Assembly: GCF_036588685.1 (NCBI RefSeq)
Contig: NC_086386.1
Span: 5,394,001 to 5,458,000 of the forward strand
DNA: 64,000 bases
Reading direction: 5' to 3'
Source of the DNA: Mytilus trossulus
Lineage: Eukaryota
Under the pieces are notes generated by a model. It did not search any database and had not been told where the DNA came from. It worked only from the letters and a program-made list of their open reading frames with translations. Position 1 is the first letter of the stretch; each line of letters opens with the position of its first letter. Shown here in pieces: positions 1 to 14,294 of the stretch. A program made the translations under genes and the position numbers.

Positions 1-3000
1 TCAGTCATCTGTTGGGAACTCCTTTTATGGATTAAATGGTGCCATATTTACTATGAAGTTTCGATAAAACTTAAATCCTACAATGGCAATTTTATAGGCA
101 GTATTGATTTCTTCTACAAGTCAAAAGACAGCCCAGTGCTGCACATATGTATATGCATCGACATTATGTACTACACTTTTTTCATGGTGGCTCTATCGAT
201 GTTGGTTTATACTGATTAATAACATCGAAATGCGACCGTGACTTCATCAGTTTTTTTTCATAATTTGAAACTTTAAAATATTATTTAGAATTAAGTAATA
301 AGGAATCAGGAATAATGTGATATTTTCTATTCGAAAAAGAAACCCCCGTCAAAAATGAGGTGCACTTCTAAAATAATATTTTGAATAAAAAAACACAATA
401 CATTGGTTTTGAATACTGTAATCTATTCACAATTCTAGTCTTATACATTTGTAGACTGCAGTTCCCTGAAATAACAAATGTATCTATAAATAAGTGAAGT
501 TGTTGTTAGCTGATTTTTAATTATTTTAATTAATTGTGCAGGCGTTATGACAGTGTGTATAATCTTTACGATAATTTAGGGACTGCTCAAAAACTAGTTT
601 ATACCCCATAAAACCTGGGACATAAAGTATTAGCCCAGATAAAACGTATCTGTTCGATGTCAAGCTATACAATGTATATAACCATACAAGTGTTTTTATG
701 CATAAGAAGTCAATGGCCGTTATTTTTAATATTCCGGAATCTGTCTGACTTGTTGACCATTTAGATGCATATCAAAGCCACGAAAGACCGTGCAGACTGA
801 TTATATATCTTTGATTCATCGTTTCATTAATATAAATCGGTTATAATTGTAAATTAAGCTCTCCTGTTAATATGTCCATGTTAATACACCAGGGAAAAAT
901 ATGGTAAAACTGAATACACAAAACATGTAACTATCAACTGATATAGTAGAAATAAAAAAACAGTTTAATTGAATACAAAAACATACAAACTTGGTCTATT
1001 TCTCAGAATCTAAATTGCTTCGTCAAAATTTTAATAGAAAATGATAAATATGTTGCTGTGTTATCAAACTGTATCTACACGAGTCTTAGATTATCTTCTC
1101 ATGTTTGTGTAAAAAAATCATGACAAAACGTCAATGTTTTATTCAATTCATGAATATCTTTTATAGTTTATTATAAACAACGACAACCATCGAAACAGAA
1201 GCGCTCATAACTTGATTTGGTATAGAAATTCACCTTCTTATCAAAATTCATGCAATGAAAATGGTGATTTTGTATAGTTAAAGAATTAAAAACATCATGT
1301 TTTAAATGTCAGGTGTCCGAAGCGCGTTTCTTGGATTATCTTCATTCGGCATGCTTAAAGTCGAATACTTGAAAGCCAAGGACGTACAAGTGCCGAAATA
1401 GTTGAAAAGCTATATAACGAAAAAGAAACTACACATTACCAATGCATTTAAGATCAAATTTGCCAGAGTATAGGACAGAGGATATTATAACCTTAATCTC
1501 TTCATAATATCAACGAGTAATGAACAGGCATTATAGGAAAAATCATGTCAGAACCGCATAAAGACTAATAAGCTGATGATATCGTCGGTTCACCAACAAA
1601 GGTTGCACAAATGACAAATTGTGATCTAATTGATCGTTAAATATTTGTATCATTGTATATAACCTAAATATGTATGAGGGGCTATACCACAACTACTGTA
1701 TTTTGCACCGAACGTATCTGCATTTTAAGCAGTTGGTTCAAATAAATGTAATCTGGTATAATCGAGTCTAACTTCAGATTGTAAAAATTTAATTGAACCA
1801 CCGTTTTTTTAATTAAAGAAAAAAAAAAAATTCCATAGCATCCTTTTTTAAAAAAAATATTTCAACGTTAATACACCAGGGAAAACACAGAAAACGACCA
1901 ACACATACAACAAACATTTAATAAAAAAAATACATGAATAGTAATGCATATTTGTTGTAGTTCTACACAATTATAAATTACTTCATCAAAAGTTTAAAAG
2001 CAAATAATGAATATGATGTCGAGTTATCGTTACGATCTACATGAATGTTGAATTATATTTATATCATGTTTTTATAATATAATCATGACAAAACGTCCAT
2101 GGAACAATTTTCAATTCATTTTATGAATAACTGTTGTTCATTTGAAAATGCAATCATTGACATAGAATGCTTAAAAGTCTTTTTGTCATTGAAACTAACA
2201 TTGTTGGAAAAACATAGCTAACTCGTGTAGCGACTACATGGACTTAGTACAATGAAAATTTTGATGTCAAGTATTCTATTTTTAGGACAGTTTCAGTTCC
2301 TCATTTAAGTTATTTTTTTAAACCATGGTTTTATTAATTGAAATACATAGCTATCTTATATCCCTTAAACGTATCTAAGATGTCAATCTACACAGTGTAG
2401 CTAACCATAATTAGAGCATTTGTTTGACAATAGACTAGTCATTGCAGTGTTTTTATATAAACGTTTGACCATTTAGATGCATATCAAAGCTAGGAAAGAA
2501 CGTTCATATATTTTAATAAATGTAACATAGAATGGAAGGCAATTGTAATACATAACATTTGTATGTTATAACATCAGGAACGAATCTTAATTACAGGTTT
2601 ACATTAAACAAAACTATTAAAATTATTTAAACTATAGTTAATGAGAAGAAGAGAGTTGAATTGAATTTGTAAAATGCTTATAATTTGAATTTGTAAAAAC
2701 AAACTAAATTAATATTGATTGCTTTATCAAATTTTAATTGAAAATAAACATCACTGTTGTGTTATCATAAGCATCTGCATTGCTATGTTTTCTGTTATTA
2801 CTGCAACCTGATACCTTTAATGAAACCACAGTGTTATAAATTTTAAATATTATAAAGGAATAGTTGCACAGACTTCTCTTATGTTGCTATTTCAATGTTG
2901 GTTCACGAGGGAATAATCATACATGCATGCACACAACAGAAAACGATGAAGAGATACAGTATAAATTAATAAAAAAAGAAATAATTGAATATCAAAATAA

Positions 3001-5173
3001 TGCATATTTGTTGTATTTGTCAAAAATTATAAATTGCTTCATCAAAGTTTTAAAGGAAAATGATTAATATGCCGTCGTGTTATCGTTATGATCTACATGA
3101 GTGTTGAATTATCTTTATATCATGTTTATATAATACAAACGTGTCAGAACATCAATGAAACAAGTTTTCATTCAATTCCTGAATATCTATAGGTCATCTG
3201 AAAAGGCATTCATCGACACATATAACGCTTAAAACTAATTTTGTCATTGAAATGAGCATTGTCAATCCTCATGAATCGATCGAATTCGTACAATAAACAA
3301 CGTGATGTTGAATATCAATAGGTTATATCTAAGTTACGATTCCCTTAAATCGTTTGGCTGTGAGGCTTTTTTAACTGGTGATGCTATGAAATTTTGAATC
3401 AAGATGAATGTTATATGGTTCCGTCTTTTATAAAAATTACACAAAAGAAGCTCGTGTCGTGCATACTGAATCGGGGTCAAACATTTTTTTGTATTAAAAT
3501 GTATAGTGCTAGCAATTCATATGTGTATCTATTTCGGAATAAACGAGCAGACTTTAGAAGGAATCATTTTATTATTGTCAATTTATAACAAAAATTTAAA
3601 TCTTTTGAATTTCCTATCAATAATTATGATTCTTAATTTTCTAGTTTTTCTTAATTCTGCCTTACCATTTTTAAGTTTTTCATATTTTAACTTTAATGTG
3701 CATTATTTATTCATGTTATTTAACAGATTTTGCTTAAGCTTTGACAAATTGTAATTCATATCGTTGATTATTTTACGATGTAATAAATGTATACGTTGAA
3801 GAGCTTGTTTTTAAGGTACAACTCGTAGAAATTTGCACATTTTATAAAATGATTCAAGAATGTCATCTTCACGGCCGAGTGTCTAAATCAATCGCTAATA
3901 ATCGATTGATATTGATAATTTACCATAATTATAATGTATATAAGAAAGAATAACATGCAAGACAGGTACACCTGCATTAGGTTGAAGAATATAAAACATC
4001 AATTGTAAACTGTGGGATAGATCTGATAGATCTGATATGCTACTGTCTATAAAAAAAACGTCAATAATTTGTTGCAGAGCACATGGAAGTCACCCTAAAC
4101 AGACGATCAGATTTAACGTCCCGTTTCTTCTAGAAAGTAGTTACGAATCATACATCCCGCACAGTCAAACGGTAATCTTGCTTTGTCAGGAATATGACAG
4201 TTGTTGTTTATTCGTTTAATTTTTTTTATCCTTTGATTTTGGCATTTGATAAGGGACTTTCCGTTTTGAATTTTCCACGGAGTTCAGTAGTTTTGTGATT
4301 TTACTTTTTGTTTTGTAATTGTTTGATGTTTGACTGGGTGAATACCAAGCCACATTACAATACTTCTGTTACCCTTGGACTGACAAAATGTGGAAAAGTT
4401 TATAATAACAATTAATTATTTCATTTGCACATATGAAATGTATACATGTTGATAAAACCCATGTTGTGTTTACACTTCTCGGATATTCACTTAAGTGGAA
4501 TGGTTTACAACCTATCTAAACAAGTTCAATCCACCATTACCTACATGATAAAATTAGAGAATCAAGTCTGAATATGACAGTTTGTTTCCGTTCGTTTGGT
4601 GTGTTTGAGCATTTGAGTTTCTTTGGTATTTTTGGTAATTTACTTTTTAATATTTACAATTACATATCATAGACAAAAGTTATATAACGAAATATAAATT
4701 GTACCTATCTCTAGAAAATGTTGCAACAGAGGACAACTTAAGTTAGTAACTCCTTAAATGCAGGATTTTTCTGTCACGTTTAATACATTTTAACATCATC
4801 ATTGGCTTAAGAGACTTGTGAAATTCCCAGCTCCAGATCTGCTATCTTACATTGTCTGTTGTGTTAATTTAACGCTTATAATTGTACAAGAATTTCCACT
4901 TAAAGCTTTATGCTGTCTGTATTATCGATAGTTCTTTTGTTCATATCTCCCAGGTATACGTATTCAATGATATAATAGAATAATGATATCTGTCATTGTA
5001 TTTCTATTGTAATGAACACACAGAGGAATATTGTGTTCAGAAATTTTCACCGAATTTAAAATATGGTAAAACATTCTTAGTTGGTTTTAAGATTTCGACG
5101 ACTCATCTGTATTTCCTGTAATAAAGTACATATCAGGCAACTTTGTTTGGCTTTATAAATATTCCGATTTGAG

Positions 5174-5215
5174 CGTCACTGATGAGTCTTGTGTAGACGA
5201 AACGCGCGTCTGGCG
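5174..5215 (+). ncRNA. Minimal type I hammerhead ribozyme (intact core) in a PLE/retrozyme-type repeat
   Basis: CGTCA-CTGATGA-GTCT tgtgt AGAC-GAAAC-GCGC-GTC^TGGCG: helix I CGUCA/UGGCG, helix II GUCU/AGAC, palindromic helix III, GUC cleavage triplet ending 5210. Confidence 0.88.
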
Positions 5216-5559
5216 TACTAAATTATAATCCTGGTACTTTTGATAACTATTAGGCAAGGTGCGCGTAGTGAGAGTCAACATGTAGCTGCCTTACATAGAC
5301 AACAACTGTTCAGTGTCCTTTAATATCAGCTGTACATGTACGAAGCTTAGAAACAGTTGTAATTCGAGCCTTAGCGAGCTATTACCTCCTGTTTCGATTG
5401 TCTTCATCATGCAATTAATTTTGTATATTGATCAATATTATTTTGTGCCTTGAAAGAAACTAAACTCACATTTTGTGCATTTATTTTCGATTTGCAATCT
5501 CTTGAGGCCCGCCTAGTAATATTAAAATCACACATTCAATTTTATCATAGGTATAAGGA

Positions 5560-6437
5560 CATCATTCGTAAATATAAGTCAACATGCAGACGTCTTTAAC
5601 GTTCAGGTATTTCACATCCATTTTTTTATGGAAATATTCGATATAAAGCACAAAGGTGTCAGTATTCACCTCAGAAACTAACAAAACCTTTGAATAGACT
5701 TATTAAGAAGGGATATAGCTACGAAACTGTTGTCAAGTCATTAGAGATTGCATATTTTGGAGTTAATATTGATTCACTTATAGGGTCTTTGCATCGGAAC
5801 TAAACACATTTATTCAAAAACAAGTTGTTGGCATGACACGGGTTATGTTCTTCTCATATATGTTATAATGGTATGATACTAAACCCCTAACGGCAAGGAT
5901 TGTGCCTGATGTTCATATGATGAAATCCTCATCTTTTAGTCAGTTTAATTGAAGTCTGGAGCTTGCATGTCAGTTAACTGCTCGTATTCTGTTGTTATTT
6001 ATGTATAATTGTCATTTTGTTAATTTTCTTTGGTTACATCTTCTGACATCAGACTCGGACTTCTCTTGAACTGACTTTTAATGTGCGTATTGTTATGCGT
6101 TTACTTTTCTACATTGGCTAGAGGTAAAGGGGGAGGGTTTAGATCTCACAAACATGTTTAACCCCGCCGCATTTTTGCGCCTGTCTTAAGTCAGGAGCCT
6201 CTGGCCTTTGTTAATCTTGTATTATTTTATTTCAGTTTCTTGTGTACAATTTGGAATTTAGTATGGCGTTCATTATCACTGAACTAGTATGTAGCTGTTT
6301 ATGGGCCAACTGAAGGACGACTCCGGGTGCTGGAATTCTCGCTACATTGAAAACCTGTTGGTGACCTTCTGCTGTTGTTTTTTTCTATGGTCGGTTTTTT
6401 TTTCTTTCACATATTCCCCATTTCCATTCTCAATTTT
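5560..6437 (+). mobile_element. Penelope-like element 3' fragment (ORF end plus 3' UTR)
   Basis: Degenerate GISHP-FYGNI-YKA...KPLNRLIKKGYSY...*; its 3' end recurs at 22489-22616 and 18632-18745. Confidence 0.65.
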
Positions 6438-6570
6438 AATTAACTGTTTACAAAATTTTGAATATTTTAAATACTAAGGCTTTTCTACCTCAGGCATAGA
6501 TTACCTTAGCTGGATTTGGCAAAACTGTTAAGAATTTTGGTCCTCAATGCTCTTCAACTTCGTACCCGAG

Positions 6571-6612
6571 TGTCACTGATGAATTTTCTGTAGACGAAAC
6601 GCGCGTCTGGCG
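6571..6612 (+). ncRNA. Hammerhead ribozyme copy, helix II degenerate
   Basis: TGTCA-CTGATGA-ATTT tctgt AGAC-GAAAC-GCGC-GTC-TGGCG. Confidence 0.65.
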
Positions 6613-8924
6613 TATATACAAAATTTAGTCCTGGTATCTATGATGAGTTGATTCACATGTAGACGGGTGTGCAAATAAATAATCTTGAATAGTCAACAAT
6701 GAAATATCGCTCAATGTGAATTATTATCTGTTGTAACATAATAACTATTTTCAACAGTAAAAACAAATTACAGAGCATTGTCCAATTTGAAAAAAAGAAA
6801 TGTACAAGTTGTCCTACGCACCAGAATTTTTAACTGATCTTGACGTTCACTAAAAATTCATTGTGGAATTGACATGGTAGATTTTGTTACACATGTACAC
6901 ATTCAAGTTTTGAAATTGATGATTGTCGTCGTATACAATAATGCTGTTTATGTTTGTCTGTTACCAGAACATTGGTTTAATTCTTATTGCTCTAATGAAA
7001 TATTTGAAAACAAACAGAACGTATGAAAGTAATCATTAATTCGCATAAGGTAAAACGATACGTCATTTGAAGTCGACTGCAATACACATTCTAAGTTCAC
7101 GCAGGTTCACACAACATTCGTCAACAGCAATATATAAACGTAGTCCGGCAGTGGGCGGAGATTTAAAGCGATATCTGTATTGTACAAGATACAGTATAGC
7201 GATATCTGTAGGGCTGTATCTGTATAGTAAGACACACAAATTCAGGATAAATATGTATCTTTCTGTAGCAGTCAAGATTTTTATATATTTTTTCCGGTAT
7301 GACAAACATTTCTGAATAAACGTTACCAGTATTACTTGCCTTTACTGTATATTTCAGCATGTGTTATTTAAGGAACGGGCGTCGATTAGATACCGCATCG
7401 GGTTTCTTCATTCTAAAGTCTATTTGACGTTTCCCCCTTTTTTGTGATGGTGTTGTCAGGCTTTCTTTGAATTATTGTTTTGAATTGCCAGCGTTGGTAT
7501 CTTCGTTACTTGTTTATTTGAACTTGAACTAACGTAATTGTATACCTTTTCGGGAAGCGCTCAGAGCTGAGACCAAAAATGCAGTTATTAATATGTGTAA
7601 CATTTATCAAAATTATTAATATTTGTTTATCCATCGCGTTTGATAAACTATATTAATTAAAATAATGATTGGAAATTGAATCCCAGTCGAGTAATAACTT
7701 AAATCAGTATTTTCTATAACTTTACTGGATACCTCAATGTATATGTTGACTTTCACAACATAAAATTAATTGTATAATGATTCAAAGCATTCGATCCCAT
7801 AGAGGTAGATATTAGTCGATGGTTTGTCACCTGCAGTGCATAATTTACTCATAATTGATGAGTATTTGATAAATATTGTATCAGCACAATTTATGTATGC
7901 CTTTGTCAATAATTGATTCAATGTAAATGACAAAACCGAGTAGATAAAATAGAAGAAATTATATATAAATATATGGTTGTAGTTACATATTTAATATTAC
8001 AGTTAAGATAACAAATGCATGTCACAGTAGAGGTACATGTATATGTAGTAGGAACATATATTATATACTTGCTTTGAAGCCTGTTGTTTGTTTTTTTGTG
8101 ATTTATTAGTGTTTAACGGAACCTTCGAAATGAAAGCAATATTTTGCAATGATAGAAACACGTGTGCTTAAGTCCAACATTAAGAAAAAAAATATTGATT
8201 ATCTTATAAAGAATTTCGAAAATGTTTTCTGCATCATAAACTTGTAAGATGTATTTTAAAACAGCCGTAAGTGTAGAAAAAAACTTGTTAATACCACGAT
8301 TTCCTGGAAATCCAACTATTTGTACTATTGTTTATATACATAGCAATGATATTTTTTTTAAATATAAAAAAGAAGATGTGGTATGATTGCAAATGAGTCA
8401 ACTGTCCACAAGAAACCAAAACCAAAACCAGACATTAACAGTTATAGATCACCATACGGCCTTCAACAATGATCAAAGCCCATACCAGTATTAATAATAA
8501 TAGCCATTTTGAGGGTTATTACTTTTATTTAACTGTCTTACTCAGTTGTTGTTATTGTTGGATGCTGAATATCATACTTAGTTTTTCGTTTGTTGTATTG
8601 TTCAAACATCAGGCTGTTGGTTTCGTGATGTGTGCATGTTTTCTGAGTGCCTTTTAACGCTTTCTTTACGTTATGGCTTTTGAAACCTGTTGAAGGCAAA
8701 TGAGGACATTTAGTGTCTTAAGTGTACATTATTTTGTCTCAGGTGGAAATTTGTCTATTCAAAATCATAATGAGTAATTCGGATTGCGCGTGTCAAAATG
8801 AATACGTAGTCACGTCATTGGTTGGATTGTTATTTGTAATGATTTTATTTACAACGTTTTGGTGTACTCTTTAAAAGCAGGATCTACTTTTGAAAACAGG
8901 ATCTACACATGTAACATGCATTAT

Positions 8925-9123
8925 ATATAGATTAGACCGTTGGTTTTCTCGTTTGAATGGTTTTACACTAGTAATTTTGGGGCCCTTTATAGCTTGTTGT
9001 TCGGTGTGAGCCAAGGCTCCGTGTTGAAGGCCGTACTTTAACCTATAATGGTTTAATTTTTAAATTGTTATTTGGATGGAGAGTTGTCTCATTGGCACTC
9101 ACACCACATCTTCCTATATCTAT
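8925..9123 (+). mobile_element. Retroelement tail, same family as 48030-48310
   Basis: Ends ...ctcattggcactcacaccacatcttcctatatcta. Confidence 0.75.
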
Positions 9124-10370
9124 TAGAACCTGTTTTTTGATAGAATGCTGGATATTGATATCTAAAACATTTGGTATGTGTGATGGAAGAAAACAGGCTT
9201 TTGTGTAGTAAGGCATCGGGAATTTATGATCACTTATGATACAAAAAAAAAGTTGTTTATTATATTGCTTAACCCAATGCTATTTCTCTTGGGATTATGT
9301 TTAGGAAATAAATTATGGTATAACTAGTCTTATTAATTAATCGTCTTTGATATTATTTCCAAGACAGATGCTACTTCTTGATATTTCCAGGCTAAAGTAC
9401 ACAGTTGTTTGTCTTGTCTTTTTGTTCGTTGTTTTTTTGCTATGACCTTGTCAGTTTTTGCTATGACCTTGTCAGTTTGTAGTCTACTTTAAGTTCGAAT
9501 ATCCCTTTGGTATCATCCAGCTTAGAATTAAAATTTATATAAATGAAACGAAATGAAAGCCTTCATCTGCGCTACTATAGATTGGAAATTAAATATTGCA
9601 TGTTTATTTACAACTGACATTTTGTGAAGTCATAAATTCATATAAAAGTTCACCACCATCGGTTAGTAATAATATTAGAGGTTTTGTTAGATTGCAGTAC
9701 ACTTATCCATTGACGTATATATATACAAATGCAACATTTCGGGTTTTTTTTCATACAAAATGTAACAATGTCAATGACCTTGACTGGAAATTAATGTAAA
9801 TTATTCATTTGTATTATGAAAATAACTTTTTCTGGTCTGACCATAAACATTTGCAATTGATGTATTTGCAAATAACATAAAATTGTTAGCTTCTATCAAG
9901 ATAGAATATTAAAGTGTGATGTGTTTCTAAAAGTGGCCGTAGGTGTATTATACCGTGACGTTAATACACTTGTACGTTATTAATGTCACCAACACATGCA
10001 CAAATGCGAGGGTGTATAAAAGGAATAACCTTGCAGCTACTCTTGCAGGTACACAGATGACAGTTGTGATGATTAGATTAACAGAAATATCAATCAGATT
10101 CCTCATGTAGGTGTTATTATATTTTGTAATGTCGCCATTGTCAGAACAGCTGGGGAAAACCTCTTAACCCGCGGTGCATGTAAAACATCAAAATTGGCTC
10201 AAAATCTTATTTTTATGAAGAATTAGAAATATGAAGTATTGTTAAGAGTGTTTGGTGTTTAACAATATCGTTGTTTTTTATATGCCTCTCACTTTATGCA
10301 GCCGCTTAGATATACCAGTTACTCGACGCAGTCATACTGTTTAAACCTGTCACTAAAGGTAGCCATTTGG

Positions 10371-10945
10371 AATATGTATGTTACATCAGGCAACCGTTCT
10401 GAATATACCTGCCACACAACTCAGGACAGCCTTTAAAAATATGTATGTCGCTCCAGGCGTCTGTTCTGAATATTCCTGTCGCTCACGAAAGCCTTTAAGA
10501 ATATGTATGTCGCTCCAGGCGGCCGTTCTGAATAAACCTGCCACTCACGACAGTTTAAAGTTAATAATATGTATGATACTCCAGACGGCCGTTTTGAATA
10601 TACCTGCCACTCACGACAGCCTTAGGAATATGTATGATACTTCAGGCAATCGTACTGAATAAACCTGCAACTTACGAAATCCTTTAAAAATATGTATGAT
10701 ACTCAAGGCGGCCGTTCTGAATATACCTGCCACTCAAGACAGCCTAAAGTTAAGAACATGTATGATACTCCAGGCAAACGTTCTAAATATACCTGCAACT
10801 TACGAAATCCACTAAAAATATGTATGATACTCCAGTCGGCCGTTCTGAATATACCTGCCACTCAAGACAGCCTAAAGTTAAGAATATGTATGATACTCCA
10901 GGCGGTCGTTCCGATAATACCTTTCACTCGCAGTAGCCTTTAAGA
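10371..10945. repeat. Minisatellite, ~9 units of 61-67 bp
   Basis: aatatgtatg unit starts at 10371, 10438, 10500, 10566, 10627, 10689, 10755, 10817, 10883. Confidence 0.95.
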
Positions 10946-11932
10946 ATGGGTACGTGACTTCAAGCATCCGCTATGTTCAAAAGTCATGAAATACAATGAC
11001 TTAAAAAAAAGTAGCTTATTTGTTATAATATATTTGGACTTATCAATGGTTTCAAAATTTTCAACTGATGGTGTTCACATTTAGCCATTTGAAAGGGTGG
11101 CCAGAAATATCATGCTCAAAGTTGTAAGTAAAAAAGAACTCAGAGTAAAATTTAAGCTTAAAATCCTTGACGAGTACATGAATATAAAAAGACACCACAG
11201 CCCAAAACTGAAGTCTTTTAGTTGTATTTTTGTCTACTTGTATGTTCTTCAATGTTAGTTTATAACATACTATAAAACGTCCGTCCACCTTACAATTTTT
11301 TTTTTTATTAAACTATTAACAATTCATGAGCTTGCTATAATGTATCAACACTTCGTGTGTATTTCTAGACCAGACGCCATCTACATATCCATCGCAATGA
11401 CCTTCGAAGACCTTCGACAATTATCATATGGCCCTATGTAAACATAAAAAAATGATAAAAGTAGATAAAATCAAGTGCAATCTGATTGTTTCCAGGTCGG
11501 TTTCTTTCCTAATATACATTTTAAAATATGTGTAATCTTCTTTATGTGCCGGATCATCCAACGCAATAGCAAGTTTTCTCCCTTGTTTTACTTTTCGATG
11601 TTAAGATACTTTATTTTAAATGTATAAACGTGATACATACTGTCTACCATATGCTTAAAATATGCACGTTAAGTTCAAACTAAAGGAGTATTGATTGAAA
11701 TTGGTTGAATTATTGATTTGCACGACAACGATATACAAGTGAGTTTTTTTCATTAATAGAACTAAACTGACTTCTAATAGCGAACTATATTTTTTGCTGT
11801 TGTCCGCTTTGATAAATGTTTGCCACAATACGATTGTAATTTATGCTTTTGTCGAATGGATACCTATTGCTTCCTTAACATCAAGTGATATTTTATGGAC
11901 TGCTTCAAGGGTATCAATGATAGCAGTATAGG

Positions 11933-12295
11933 AAAAAAGTAAAATTACAAAAATACTGACTTTAGAGGAAAATCAATTCGGAAAGTCCATAATCACATGG
12001 CAAAATCAAACAACAAAACGCATAAAAAACGAATGGACAAAAACTGTCATATTCCTGACTTGGTACCGGCATTTACAAATGTAAAAATGGTGGATAAATT
12101 ATGGTTTTATAGCGCTAACTCACTCACTTAAATGACAGTCTCATCAAATTTCGTTATATTTACATTGATGCGTTAAATATAGAAACACAATAAATAAAAT
12201 AGTCAAAATATGGGTACATCAGTCATCATCGTATAACAATTTTAAAAGGAACAATTTAACAGTTCTGAACACAAAAACATCTACTATCTTAAAAA
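11933..12295 (-). mobile_element. Abundant interspersed repeat (aagtcaggaatatgacagtt family)
   Basis: Related plus-strand copies near 4185-4310, 4520-4650, 28330-28503, 33127-33273, 46160-46700. Confidence 0.65.
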
Positions 12296-12317
12296 AGCGT
12301 ACAATGATGTAATTTAT

Positions 12318-14294
12318 GAGTGGCCGTTCGTGTCATTTGCGCGAGATTCTAACGCGTTATTTTGTTAAACTAACGCGTTTTTATGTTAAACTAACGCGTT
12401 ATTTTGCTAAAATAACGCGTTATTTCTTCATTTTAATGCGTTATTATACAAATCTATCGCGATATTTCATTTTTGCTTTTACTTTAAAATATTATCAAAC
12501 TAACGCGTTAGTTTTCACTATTAACGCGATATTTATGAAAACTATCGCGATAATACGGAAATAAGCATCAGCCAATGAGAGATTTTGTTACTTCTATGTT
12601 TTGGAATTAATGCAAAATAGCTGGAATCCACGGAGACCGAAATAAGTTTTTACAAAGAATTAAAGAGACAGTCGATTATTGCTTGAGATTGGGATCATCA
12701 GATATTTTAGAGACAGACAATCTAACCAACATTAACTTCAGGTCAAAATTTGAATAATTTTAATTGATTTCATCGAAAAAACAATAGTTTGATGTGTAAT
12801 ATCCCTTCGTCCGGCAGTGCATTCGGCTCAGTGGTTGGGGGTTAGGGTCTGCTAACAGTTAACTAATAATAATAATCAATTTGTCTCCTGGAATAAAATC
12901 TTGTGTTCATATTTTTGATCATACCCTTAAACTCATTCTGTTATATAATTCAGAGGTATGGGGAGGTTATATTGTTTCTTGTAATAAATTACAGTCTTCC
13001 TTATTTAATCTTGAATTTTTTTTTAAAAATCTTAAGTAAGAGAGTCTCCATCTTAAATTTTCTAACTTTATACTTGGTGTACACAAAAGGAGTGTCAATT
13101 TTGCTGTATTATCAGAACTGGGGCGTCTCCCCTTACATACATTATGATATTGTAAAGTCAATTGTAAAATACTGGTATAGATTTGAAAATCTTACAACTG
13201 AATTCAGTCTATTGAAAGATGCTTATAATTGCAGCCAAGAGCTTCAAAAATCTAACATAACTTCTTGTTTCTCATTTGCTAAAAAAGTATTAGAAGTTTT
13301 TGAAATTTAATAAACAAGAAGTGAAACATTTCGGACAACATACATTTTTGAACATATCTAGCAAATTAATTCACACTAAATATATAAGCAATTGATATGC
13401 TAGCCAAAATAAAGCTTCTGATGGAAAAATGTTAAATTATGTGAAATATAAGCAGAATTTTGGTTATGAAAATTATCTTTCTTTAATTAAGGACTTTGAT
13501 TTTAGAAGATCTATATGCAAATTTCGTATTTCTGCTCATAAGCTTCAAATTGAAGTTGGACGTTTTTCAAATATTCCACGAAATGGAAGAATTTTCTAAA
13601 TATGCTCCTCTGGCTGTGTTGAAGATGAATAGATATAGGAAGATGTGGTGTGAGTGCCAATGAGACAACTCTCGAAATCCATTTTTTAACTAAATGTGAA
13701 CATTTTAAATCAGATAAAGATGCTCTCTTTGAATTTGTTTGCCAAAGAATTTCAATTTTTTCTATACTTGATAATCAGCATAAATTTATTTATTTATTAA
13801 ACTGTGGAGACAATCAGGTCCTTAATGATGTTGGTAAATTTATTAAAGTGAATATGAGTTAGTAAGTGTATTGTTACTGTATGTAAAAAAAATGTTTGTA
13901 TCTATGTATCTATGCAAATCAATTATCTTTTTCCTTATTTTTGTATTCTCTGTATGCCCCTTTTGGGCCCTTAATTGGAAATAAAATATGTTCTGTTCTG
14001 TTATGTTCTGTTAATGTTATCTCCCTTGTCTCTTCAGATTCAATCTAGAACCGTGCTTGTGATTGGTTAACATCATTGTACAAATATCAAAAATTAACGC
14101 GTTAATTCCAATAATATATCGCGATAGATTACATTTGTACAATATAAACAAGTATCGCGATAGTTTTGTATAATAACGCGTTAAAATGAAGAAATAACGC
14201 GTTAGTTTAGCAAAATAACGCGTTAGTTGTACAAAATAACGCGTTAGTTTAACAAAATAACGCGTTAGTCGTTAGAATATCGCGCAAATGACAC
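12318..14294. mobile_element. MITE-like element with ~135-bp TIRs made of 21-bp ACGCGT sub-repeats, carrying the LINE fragment
   Basis: 12330-12464 is the reverse complement of 14153-14294 (gtgtcatttgcgcga...tcgcgcaaatgacac). Confidence 0.75.
12878..14012 (+). mobile_element. 5'-truncated non-LTR retrotransposon (LINE) 3' end
   Basis: Frameshifted FDHTLKLILLYNSEVWG, LGVHKRSVNFAVLSELGRLPL, KFRISAHKLQIEVGRF...C...EDE-IHFLTKC; AATAAA then (TGTTC)n tail. Confidence 0.88.

Noticed and set aside
10371-10945. CRISPR-like regular spacing and ORFs 10378..10662 and 10692..10943
   Set aside because: Whole units are repeated with no unique spacers, no cas genes, eukaryotic context; ORFs are by-products of the repeat.
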